Below the pieces are notes generated by a model. That model was not told the origin of the DNA. It did no database searches and was given only the letters and a program-made list of their open reading frames with translations. A stretch of DNA of 64,000 bases from Auanema rhodensis (lineage: Eukaryota > Animalia > Nematoda). Shown piece after piece: positions 42,716 to 54,700 of this stretch. The stretch spans positions 24,428,001-24,492,000 of the forward strand of contig OZ059900.1 of the NCBI GenBank assembly GCA_964057225.1, given 5' to 3'. The position numbers and the translations under genes were made by a program. The first letter of the stretch is position 1. The number at the start of each line of letters is the position of its first letter.

Positions 42716-42756
42716 TTTTCTAACCCCTGTTTTTTTGTTTTCTAACCCCTGTTTTT
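42716..42756. other. Inversion junction with 19-bp templated direct duplication (TTTTCTAACCCCTGTTTTT at 42716-42734 and 42738-42756)
   Basis: The forward monomer stops at ...CCCCTGTTTTTTTGT (42738) instead of continuing CGTGAAAG. A copy of the sequence 22 bp upstream follows, and its last TTT (42754-42756) is shared with the start of the inverted arm. Confidence 0.95.
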
Positions 42757-45700
42757 CAGCGTGTTACATACTAAAATGAAGCATTTTACATGCTGAACAC
42801 TAGAAAAATACAAAAACACAGTATTTCCCATGAGAAATATTTTATTATGCTGGAAAACCAGTTTTTGGAAATTTCGCTGTAAACAAGGTTTTGACTTACG
42901 ATTTCATGTGTTCAAACTCATGCAATGTCAATGAAACCCAGCTCAAAATTGTTCGTACAACGTCTAGTTCCACTTTCACGACAAAAAAACAGGGGTTAGA
43001 AAATTAAGGAAATTAGCATATTCTGAGGGCACGCCCCTTATGGCTAATATTGATTAAATCGATTTTTGTTCATATGAGTCGTCAAATGCAACGAATTTCA
43101 GCGTGTTACATACTAAAATGAAGCATTTTACATGCTGAACACTAGAAAAATACAAAAACACAGTATTTCCCATGAGAAATATTTTATTATGCTGGAAAAC
43201 CAGTTTTTGGAAATTTCGCTGTAAACAAGGTTTTGACTTACGATTTCATGTGTTCAAACTCATGCAATGTCAATGAAACCTAGCTCAAAATTGTTCGTAC
43301 AACGTCTAGTTCCACTTTCACGACAAAAAAACAGGGGTTAGAAAATTAAGGAAATTAGCATATTCTGAGGGCACGCCCCTTATGGCTAATATTGATTAAA
43401 TCGATTTTTGTTCATATGAGTCGTCAAATGCAACGAATTTCAGCGTGTTACATACTAAAATGAAGCATTTTACATGCTGAACACTAAAAAAATACAAAAA
43501 CACAGTATTTCCCATGAGAAATATTTCATTATGCTGGAAAACCAGTTTTTGGAAATTTCGCTGTAAACAAGGTTTTGACTTACGATTTCATGTGTTCAAA
43601 CTCATGCAATGTCAATGAAACCTAGCTCAAAATTGTTCCTACAACGTCTAGTTCCACTTTCACGACAAAAAAACAGGGGTTAGAAAATTAAGGAAATTAG
43701 CATATTCTGAGGGCACGCCCCTTATGGCTAATATTGATTAAATCGATTTTTGTTCATATGAGTCGTCAAATGCAACGAATTTCAGCGTGTTACATACTAA
43801 AATGAAGCATTTTACATGCTGAACACTAGAAAAATACAAAAACACAGTATTTCCCATGAGAAATATTTTATTATGCTGGAAAACCAGTTTTTGGAAATTT
43901 CGCTGTAAACAAGGTTTTGACTTACGATTTCATGTGTTCAAACTCATGCAATGTCAATGAAACCTAGCTCAAAATTGTTCGTACAACGTCTAGTTCCACT
44001 TTCACGACAAAAAAACAGGAGTTAGAAAATTAAGGAAATTAGCATATTCTGAGGGCACGCCCCTTATGGCTAATATTGATTAAATCGATTTTTGTTCATA
44101 TGAGTCGTCAAATGCAACGAATTTCAGCGTGTTACATACTAAAATGAAGCATTTTACATGCTGAACACTAGAAAAATACAAAAACACAGTAATACCCATG
44201 AGAAATATTTTATTATGCTGGAAAACCAGTTTTTGGAAATTTCGCTGTAAACAAGGTTTTGACTTACGATTTCATGTGTTCAAACTCATGCAATGTCAAT
44301 GAAACCTAGCTCAAAATTGTTAATACAATGTCTAGTTCCACTTTCACGACAAAAAAACAGGGGTTAGAAAATTAAGGAAATTAGCATATTCTGAGGGCAC
44401 GCCCTTTATGGCTAATATTGATTAAATCGATTTTTGTTCATATGAGTCGTCAAATGCAACGAATTTCAGCGTGTTACATACTAAAATGAAGCATTTTACA
44501 TGCTGAACACTAGAAAAATACAAAAACACAGTATTTCCCATGAGAAATATTTTATTATGCTGGAAAACCAGTTTTTGGAAATTTCGCTGTAAACAAGGTT
44601 TTGACTTACGATTTCATGTGTTCAAACTCATGCAATGTCAATGAAACCTAGCTCAAAATTGTTCGTACAACGTCTAGTTCCACTTTCACGACTAAAAAAC
44701 AGGGGTTAGAAAATTAAGGAAATTAGCATATTCTGAGGGCACGCCCCTTATGGCTAATATTGATTAAATCGATTTTTGTTCATATGAGTCGTCAAATGCA
44801 ACGAATTTCAGCGTGTTACATACTAAAATGAAGCATTTTACATGCTGAACACTAGAAAAATACAAAAACACAGTATTTCCCATGAGAAATATTTTATTAT
44901 GCTGGAAAACCAGTTTTTGGAAATTTCGCTGTAAACAAGGTTTTGACTTACGATTTCATGTGTTCAAACTCATGCAATGTCAATGAAACCCAGCTCAAAA
45001 TTGTTCGTACAACGTCTAGTTCCACTTTCACGACAAAAAAACAGGGGTTAGAAAATTAAGGAAATTAGCATATTCTGAGGGCACGCCCCTTATGGCTAAT
45101 ATTGATTAAATCGATTTTTGTTCATATGAGTCGTCAAATGCAACGAATTTCAGCGTGTTACATACTAAAATGAAGCATTTTACATGCTGAACACTAGAAA
45201 AATACAAAAACACAGTATTTCCCATGAGAAATATTTTATTATGCTGGAAAACCAGTTTTTGGAAATTTCGCTGTAAACAAGGTTTTGACTTACGATTTCA
45301 TGTGTTCAAACTCATGCAATGTCAATGAAACCTAGCTCAAAATTGTTCGTACAACGTCTAGTTCCACTTTCACGACAAAAAAACAGGGGTTAGAAAATTA
45401 AGGAAATTAGCATATTCTGAGGGCACGCCCCTTATGGCTAATATTGATTAAATCGATTTTTGTTCATATGAGTCGTCAAATGCAACGAATTTCAGCGTGT
45501 TACATACTAAAATGAAGCATTTTACATGCTGAACACTAGAAAAATACAAAAACACAGTATTTCCCATGAGAAATATTTCATTATGCTGGAAAACCAGTTT
45601 TTGGAAATTTCGCTGTAAACAAGGTTTTGACTTACGATTTCATGTGTTCAAACTCATGCAATGTCAATGAAACCTAGCTCAAAATTGTTCGTACAACGTC

Positions 45701-48700
45701 TAGTTCCACTTTCACGACAAAAAAACAGGGGTTAGAAAATTAAGGAAATTAGCATATTCTGAGGGCACGCCCCTTATGGCTAATATTGATTAAATCGATT
45801 TTTGTTCATATGAGTCGTCAAATGCAACGAATTTCAGCGTGTTACATACTAAAATGAAGCATTTTACATGCTGAACACTAGGAAAATACAAAAACACAGT
45901 AATACCCATGAGAAATATTTTATTATGCTGGAAAACCAGTTTTTGGAAATTTCGCTGTAAACAAGGTTTTGACTTACGATTTCATGTGTTCAAACTCATG
46001 CAATGTCAATGAAACCTAGCTCAAAATTGTTAATACAATGTCTAGTTCCACTTTCACGACAAAAAAACAGGGGTTAGAAAATTAAGGAAATTAGCATATT
46101 CTGAGGGCACGCCCTTTATGGCTAATATTGATTAAATCGATTTTTGTTCATATGAGTCGTCAAATGCAACGAATTTCAGCGTGTTACATACTAAAATGAA
46201 GCATTTTACATGCTGAACACTAGAAAAATACAAAAACACAGTATTTCCCATGAGAAATATTTTATTATGCTGGAAAACCAGTTTTTGGAAATTTCGCTGT
46301 AAACAAGGTTTTGACTTACGATTTCATGTGTTCAAACTCATGCAATGTCAATGAAACCTAGCTCAAAATTGTTCGTACAACGTCTAGTTCCACTTTCACG
46401 ACAAAAAAACAGGGGTTAGAAAATTAAGGAAATTAGCATATTCTGAGGGCACGCCCCTTATGGCTAATATTGATTAAATCGATTTTTGTTCATATGAGTC
46501 GTCAAATGCAACGAATTTCAGCGTGTTACATACTAAAATGAAGCATTTTACATGCTGAACACTAGAAAAATACAAAAACACAGTATTTCCCATGAGAAAT
46601 ATTTTATTATGCTGGAAAACCAGTTTTTGGAAATTTCGCTGTAAACAAGGTTTTGACTTACGATTTCATGTGTTCAAACTCATGCAATGTCAATGAAACC
46701 TAGCTCAAAATTGTTCCTACAACGTCTAGTTCCACTTTCACGACAAAAAAACAGGGGTTAGAAAATTAAGGAAATTAGCATATTCTGAGGGCACGCCCTT
46801 TATGGCTAATATTGATTAAATCGATTTTTGTTCATATGAGTCGTCAAATGCAACGAATTTCAGCGTGTTACATACTAAAATGAAGCATTTCACATGCTGA
46901 ACACTAGAAAAATACAAAAACACAGTATTTCCCATGAGAAATATTTTATTATGCTGGAAAACCAGTTTTTGGAAATTTCGCTGTAAACAAGGTTTTGACT
47001 TACGATTTCATGTGTTCAAACTCATGCAATGTCAATGAAACCTAGCTCAAAATTGTTCCTACAACGTCTAGTTCCACTTTCACGACAAAAAAACAGGGGT
47101 TAGAAAATTAAGGAAATTAGCATATTCTGAGGGCACGCCCTTTATGGCTAATATTGATTAAATCGATTTTTGTTCATATGAGTCGTCAAATGCAACGAAT
47201 TTCAGCGTGTTACATACTAAAATGAAGCATTTCACATGCTGAACACTAGAAAAATACAAAAACACAGTATTTCCCATGAGAAATATTTTATTATGCTGGA
47301 AAACCAGTTTTTGGAAATTTCGCTGTAAACAAGGTTTTGACTTACGATTTCATGTGTTCAAACTCATGCAATGTCAATGAAACCTAGCTCAAAATTGTTC
47401 CTACAACGTCTAGTTCCACTTTCACGACAAAAAAACAGGGGTTAGAAAATTAAGGAAATTAGCATATTCTGAGGGCACGCCCTTTATGGCTAATATTGAT
47501 TAAATCGATTTTTGTTCATATGAGTCGTCAAATGCAACGAATTTCAGCGTGTTACATACTAAAATGAAGCATTTCACATGCTGAACACTAGAAAAATACA
47601 AAAACACAGTATTTCCCATGAGAAATATTTTATTATGCTGGAAAACCAGTTTTTGGAAATTTCGCTGTAAACAAGGTTTTGACTTACGATTTCATGTGTT
47701 CAAACTCATGCAATGTCAATGAAACCTAGCTCAAAATTGTTCCTACAACGTCTAGTTCCACTTTCACGACAAAAAAACAGGGGTTAGAAAATTAAGGAAA
47801 TTAGCATATTCTGAGGGCACGCCCTTTATGGCTAATATTGATTAAATCGATTTTTGTTCATATGAGTCGTCAAATGCAACGAATTTCAGCGTGTTACATA
47901 CTAAAATGAAGCATTTCACATGCTGAACACTAGAAAAATACAAAAACACAGTATTTCCCATGAGAAATATTTTATTATGCTGGAAAACCAGTTTTTGGAA
48001 ATTTCGCTGTAAACAAGGTTTTGACTTACGATTTCATGTGTTCAAACTCATGCAATGTCAATGAAACCTAGCTCAAAATTGTATGTACAACGTCTGGTTC
48101 CACTTTCACGACAAAAAAACAGGGGTTAGAAAATTAAGGAAATTAGCATATTCTGAGGGCACGCCCCTTATGGCTAATATTGATTAAATCGATTTTTGTT
48201 CATATGAGTCGTCAAATGCAACGAATTTCAGCGTGTTACATACTAAAATGAAGCATTTTACATGCTGAACACTAGAAAAATACAAAAACACAGTATTTCC
48301 CATGAGAAATATTTTATTATGCTGGAAAACCATTTTTTGGAAATTTCGCTGTAAACAAGGTTTTGACTTACGATTTCATGTGTTCAAACTCATGCAATGT
48401 CAATGAAACCTAGCTCAAAATTGTTCCTACAACGTCTAGTTCCACTTTCACGACAAAAAAACAGGGGTTAGAAAATTAAGGAAATTAGCATATTCTGAGG
48501 GCACGCCCCTTATGGCTAATATTGATTAAATCGATTTTTGTTCATATGAGTCGTCAAATGCAACGAATTTCAGCGTGTTACATACTAAAATGAAGCATTT
48601 CACATGCTGAACACTAGGAAAATACAAAAACACAGTAATACCCATGAGAAATATTTTATTATGCTGGAAAACCAGTTTTTGGAAATTTCGCTGTAAACAA

Positions 48701-51700
48701 GGTTTTGACTTACGATTTCATGTGTTCAAACTCATGCAATGTCAATGAAACCTAGCTCAAAATTGTTCGTACAACGTCTGGTTCCACTTTCACGACAAAA
48801 AAACAGGGGTTAGAAAATTAAGGAAATTAGCATATTCTGAGGGCACGCCCCTTATGGCTAATATTGATTAAATCGATTTTTGTTCATATGAGTCGTCAAA
48901 TGCAACGAATTTCAGCGTGTTACATACTAAAATGAAGCATTTTACATGCTGAACACTAGAAAAATACAAAAACACAGTATTTCCCATGAGAAATATTTTA
49001 TTATGCTGGAAAACCAGTTTTTGGAAATTTCGCTGTAAACAAGGTTTTGACTTACGATTTCATGTGTTCAAACTCATGCAATGTCAATGAAACCTAGCTC
49101 AAAATTGTTCGTACAACGTCTAGTTCCACTTTCACGACAAAAAAACAGGGGTTAGAAAATTAAGGAAATTAGCATATTCTGAGGGCACGCCCCTTATGGC
49201 TAATATTGATTAAATCGATTTTTGTTCATATGAGTCGTCAAATGCAACGAATTTCAGCGTGTTACATACTAAAATGAAGCATTTTACATGCTGAACACTA
49301 GAAAAATACAAAAACACAGTATTTCCCATGAGAAATATTTTATTATGCTGGAAAACCAGTTTTTGGAAATTTCGCTGTAAACAAGGTTTTGACTTACGAT
49401 TTCATGTGTTCAAACTCATGCAATGTCAATGAAACCTAGCTCAAAATTGTTCGTACAACGTCTAGTTCCACTTTCACGACAAAAAAACAGGAGTTAGAAA
49501 ATTAAGGAAATTAGCATATTCTGAGGGCACGCCCCTTATGGCTAATATTGATTAAATCGATTTTTGTTCATATGAGTCGTCAAATGCAACGAATCTCAGC
49601 GTGTTACATACTAAAATGAAGCATTTTACATGCTGAACACTAGGAAAATACAAAAACACAGTAATACCCATGAGAAATATTTTATTATGCTGGAAAACCA
49701 GTTTTTGGAAATTTCGCTGTAAACAAGGTTTTGACTTACGATTTCATGTGTTCAAACTCATGCAATGTCAATGAAACCTAGCTCAAAATTGTTCGTACAA
49801 CGTCTAGTTCCACTTTCACGACAAAAAAACAGGGGTTAGAAAATTAAGGAAATTAGCATATTCTGAGGGCACGCCCCTTATGGCTAATATTGATTAAATC
49901 GATTTTTGTTCATATGAGTCGTCAAATGCAACGAATTTCAGCGTGTTACATACTAAAATGAAGCATTTTACATGCTGAACACTAGAAAAATACAAAAACA
50001 CAGTATTTCCCATGAGAAATATTTTATTATGCTGGAAAACCAGTTTTTGGAAATTTCGCTGTAAACAAGGTTTTGACTTACGATTTCATGTGTTCAAACT
50101 CATGCAATGTCAATGAAACCTAGCTCAAAATTGTTCGTACAACGTCTAGTTCCACTTTCACGACAAAAAAACAGGGGTTAGAAAATTAAGGAAATTAGCA
50201 TATTCTGAGGGCACGCCCCTTATGGCTAATATTGATTAAATCGATTTTTGTTCATATGAGTCGTCAAATGCAACGAATTTCAGCGTGTTACATACTAAAA
50301 TGAAGCATTTTACATGCTGAACACTAGAAAAATACAAAAACACAGTAATACCCATGAGAAATATTTTATTATGCTGGAAAACCAGTTTTTGGAAATTTCG
50401 CTGTAAACAAGGTTTTGACTTACGATTTCATGTGTTCAAACTCATGCAATGTCAATGAAACCTAGCTCAAAATTGTTCCTACAACGTCTAGTTCCACTTT
50501 CACGACAAAAAAACAGGGGTTAGAAAATTAAGGAAATTAGCATATTCTGAGGGCACGCCCTTTATGGCTAATATTGATTAAATCGATTTTTGTTCATATG
50601 AGTCGTCAAATGCAACGAATTTCAGCGTGTTACATACTAAAATGAAGCATTTCACATGCTGAACACTAGAAAAATACAAAAACACAGTATTTCCCATGAG
50701 AAATATTTTATTATGCTGGAAAACCAGTTTTTGGAAATTTCGCTGTAAACAAGGTTTTGACTTACGATTTCATGTGTTCAAACTCATGCAATGTCAATGA
50801 AACCTAGCTCAAAATTGTTCGTACAACGTCTGGTTCCACTTTCACGACAAAAAAACAGGGGTTAGAAAATTAAGGAAATTAGCATATTCTGAGGGCACGC
50901 CCCTTATGGCTAATATTGATTAAATCGATTTTTGTTCATATGAGTCGTCAAATGCAACGAATTTCAGCGTGTTACATACTAAAATGAAGCATTTTACATG
51001 CTGAACACTAGAAAAATACAAAAACACAGTATTTCCCATGAGAAATATTTTATTATGCTGGAAAACCAGTTTTTGGAAATTTCGCTGTAAACAAGGTTTT
51101 GACTTACGATTTCATGTGTTCAAACTCATGCAATGTCAATGAAACCTAGCTCAAAATTGTTCGTACAACGTCTAGTTCCACTTTCACGACAAAAAAACAG
51201 GGGTTAGAAAATTAAGGAAATTAGCATATTCTGAGGGCACGCCCCTTATGGCTAATATTGATTAAATCGATTTTTGTTCATATGAGTCGTCAAATGCAAC
51301 GAATTTCAGCGTGTTACATACTAAAATGAAGCATTTTACATGCTGAACACTAGAAAAATACAAAAACACAGTAATACCCATGAGAAATATTTTATTATGC
51401 TGGAAAACCAGTTTTTGGAAATTTCGCTGTAAACAAGGTTTTGACTTACGATTTCATGTGTTCAAACTCATGCAATGTCAATGAAACCTAGCTCAAAATT
51501 GTTAATACAATGTCTAGTTCCACTTTCACGACAAAAAAACAGGGGTTAGAAAATTAAGGAAATTAGCATATTCTGAGGGCACGCCCTTTATGGCTAATAT
51601 TGATTAAATCGATTTTTGTTCATATGAGTCGTCAAATGCAACGAATTTCAGCGTGTTACATACTAAAATGAAGCATTTTACATGCTGAACACTAGAAAAA

Positions 51701-54700
51701 TACAAAAACACAGTATTTCCCATGAGAAATATTTTATTATGCTGGAAAACCAGTTTTTGGAAATTTCGCTGTAAACAAGGTTTTGACTTACGATTTCATG
51801 TGTTCAAACTCATGCAATGTCAATGAAACCTAGCTCAAAATTGTTCGTACAACGTCTAGTTCCACATTCACGACTAAAAAACAGGGGTTAGAAAATTAAG
51901 GAAATTAGCATATTCTGAGGGCACGCCCTTTATGGCTAATATTGATTAAATCGATTTTTGTTCATATGAGTCGTCAAATGCAACGAATTTCAGCGTGTTA
52001 CATACTAAAATGAAGCATTTTACATGCTGAACACTAGAAAAATACAAAAACACAGTATTTCCCATGAGAAATATTTTATTATGCTGGAAAACCAGTTTTT
52101 GGAAATTTCGCTGTAAACAAGGTTTTGACTTACGATTTCATGTGTTCAAACTCATGCAATGTCAATGAAACCTAGCTCAAAATTGTTCGTACAACGTCTA
52201 GTTCCACTTTCACGACAAAAAAACAGGGGTTAGAAAATTAAGGAAATTAGCATATTCTGAGGGCACGCCCCTTATGGCTAATATTGATTAAATCGATTTT
52301 TGTTCATATGAGTCGTCAAATGCAACGAATTTCAGCGTGTTACATACTAAAATGAAGCATTTTACATGCTGAACACTAGAAAAATACAAAAACACAGTAT
52401 TTCCCATGAGAAATATTTTATTATGCTGGAAAACCAGTTTTTGGAAATTTCGCTGTAAACAAGGTTTTGACTTACGATTTCATGTGTTCAAACTCATGCA
52501 ATGTCAATGAAACCTAGCTCAAAATTGTTCCTACAACGTCTAGTTCCACTTTCACGACAAAAAAACAGGGGTTAGAAAATTAAGGAAATTAGCATATTCT
52601 GAGGGCACGCCCTTTATGGCTAATATTGATTAAATCGATTTTTGTTCATATGAGTCGTCAAATGCAACGAATTTCAGCGTGTTACATACTAAAATGAAGC
52701 ATTTCACATGCTGAACACTAGAAAAATACAAAAACACAGTATTTCCCATGAGAAATATTTTATTATGCTGGAAAACCAGTTTTTGGAAATTTCGCTGTAA
52801 ACAAGGTTTTGACTTACGATTTCATGTGTTCAAACTCATGCAATGTCAATGAAACCTAGCTCAAAATTGTTCGTACAACGTCTGGTTCCACTTTCACGAC
52901 AAAAAAACAGGGGTTAGAAAATTAAGGAAATTAGCATATTCTGAGGGCACGCCCCTTATGGCTAATATTGATTAAATCGATTTTTGTTCATATGAGTCGT
53001 CAAATGCAACGAATTTCAGCGTGTTACATACTAAAATGAAGCATTTTACATGCTGAACACTAGAAAAATACAAAAACACAGTATTTCCCATGAGAAATAT
53101 TTTATTATGCTGGAAAACCAGTTTTTGGAAATTTCGCTGTAAACAAGGTTTTGACTTACGATTTCATGTGTTCAAACTCATGCAATGTCAATGAAACCTA
53201 GCTCAAAATTGTTCGTACAACGTCTAGTTCCACTTTCACGACAAAAAAACAGGGGTTAGAAAATTAAGGAAATTAGCATATTCTGAGGGCACGCCCTTTA
53301 TGGCTAATATTGATTAAATCGATTTTTGTTCATATGAGTCGTCAATTGCAACGAATTTCAGCGTGTTACATACTAAAATGAAGCATTTTACATGCTGAAC
53401 ACTAGAAAAATACAAAAACACAGTATTTCCCATGAGAAATATTTTATTATGCTGGAAAACCAGTTTTTGGAAATTTCGCTGTAAACAAGGTTTTGACTTA
53501 CGATTTCATGTGTTCAAACTCATGCAATGTCAATGAAACCCAGCTCAAAATTGTTCCTACAACGTCTTGTTCCACTTTCACGACAAAAAAACAGGGGTTA
53601 GAAAATTAAGGAAATTAGCATATTCTGAGGGCACGCCCCTTATGGCTAATATTGATTAAATCGATTTTTGTTCATATGAGTCGTCAAATGCAACGAATTT
53701 CAGCGTGTTACATACTAAAATGAAGCATTTTACATGCTGAACACTAGAAAAATACAAAAACACAGTATTTCCCATGAGAAATATTTTATTATGCTGGAAA
53801 ACCAGTTTTTGGAAATTTCGCTGTAAACAAGGTTTTGACTTACGATTTCATGTGTTCAAACTCATGCAATGTCAATGAAACCTAGCTCAAAATTGTTCGT
53901 ACAACGTCTAGTTCCACTTTCACGACAAAAAAACAGGGGTTAGAAAATTAAGGAAATTAGCATATTCTGAGGGCACGCCCCTTATGGCTAGTATTGATTA
54001 AATCGATTTTTGTTCATATGAGTCGTCAAATGCAACGAATTTCAGCGTGTTACATACTAAAATGAAGCATTTTACATGCTGAACACTAGAAAAATACAAA
54101 AACACAGTATTTCCCATGAGAAATATTTTATTATGCTGGAAAACCAGTTTTTGAAAATTTCGCTGTAAACAAGGTTTTGACTTACGATTTCATGTGTTCA
54201 AACTCATGCAATGTCAATGAAACCTAGCTCAAAATTGTTCCTACAACGTCTAGTTCCACTTTCACGACAAAAAAACAGGGGTTAGAAAATTAAGGAAATT
54301 AGCATATTCTGAGGGCACGCCCTTTATGGCTAATATTGATTAAATCGATTTTTGTTCATATGAGTCGTCAAATGCAACGAATTTCAGCGTGTTACATACT
54401 AAAATGAAGCATTTTACATGCTGAACACTAGAAAAATACAAAAACACAGTATTTCCCATGAGAAATATTTTATTATGCTGGAAAACCAGTTTTTGGAAAT
54501 TTCGCTGTAAACAAGGTTTTGACTTACGATTTCATGTGTTCAAACTCATGCAATGTCAATGAAACCTAGCTCAAAATTGTTCCTACAACGTCTAGTTCCA
54601 CTTTCACGACAAAAAAACAGGGGTTAGAAAATTAAGGAAATTAGCATATTCTGAGGGCACGCCCCTTATGGCTAATATTGATTAAATCGATTTTTGTTCA

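Larger units (their letters stand above)
1..42738 (+). repeat. 342-bp tandem satellite array, forward-orientation domain (124 full monomers + 334 bp of a 125th)
   Basis: The monomer start TGGAA(C/T)TAGACG recurs at 1, 343, 685, 1711, 3421, 6841, 10261 and 13681. The last monomer starts at 42405 = 124x342+1-4. The -4 matches the eight 1-bp indels seen: -1 near 15193, 23244, 24611, 30082, 37947 and 42052; +1 near 41026 and 41711. Confidence 0.99.

Noticed and set aside
42716-42756. Target-site duplication or footprint of a transposon
   Set aside because: There is no element, terminal repeat or foreign sequence, and the flanks do not resume co-linearly as a footprint would require.
42624-42760. 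Fold-back chimeric read or assembly artefact as the cause of the inversion
   Set aside because: The arms are not mirror images. Variant content and order differ immediately on each side, and the junction has a templated insert. Read support is still needed to exclude a mis-join entirely.
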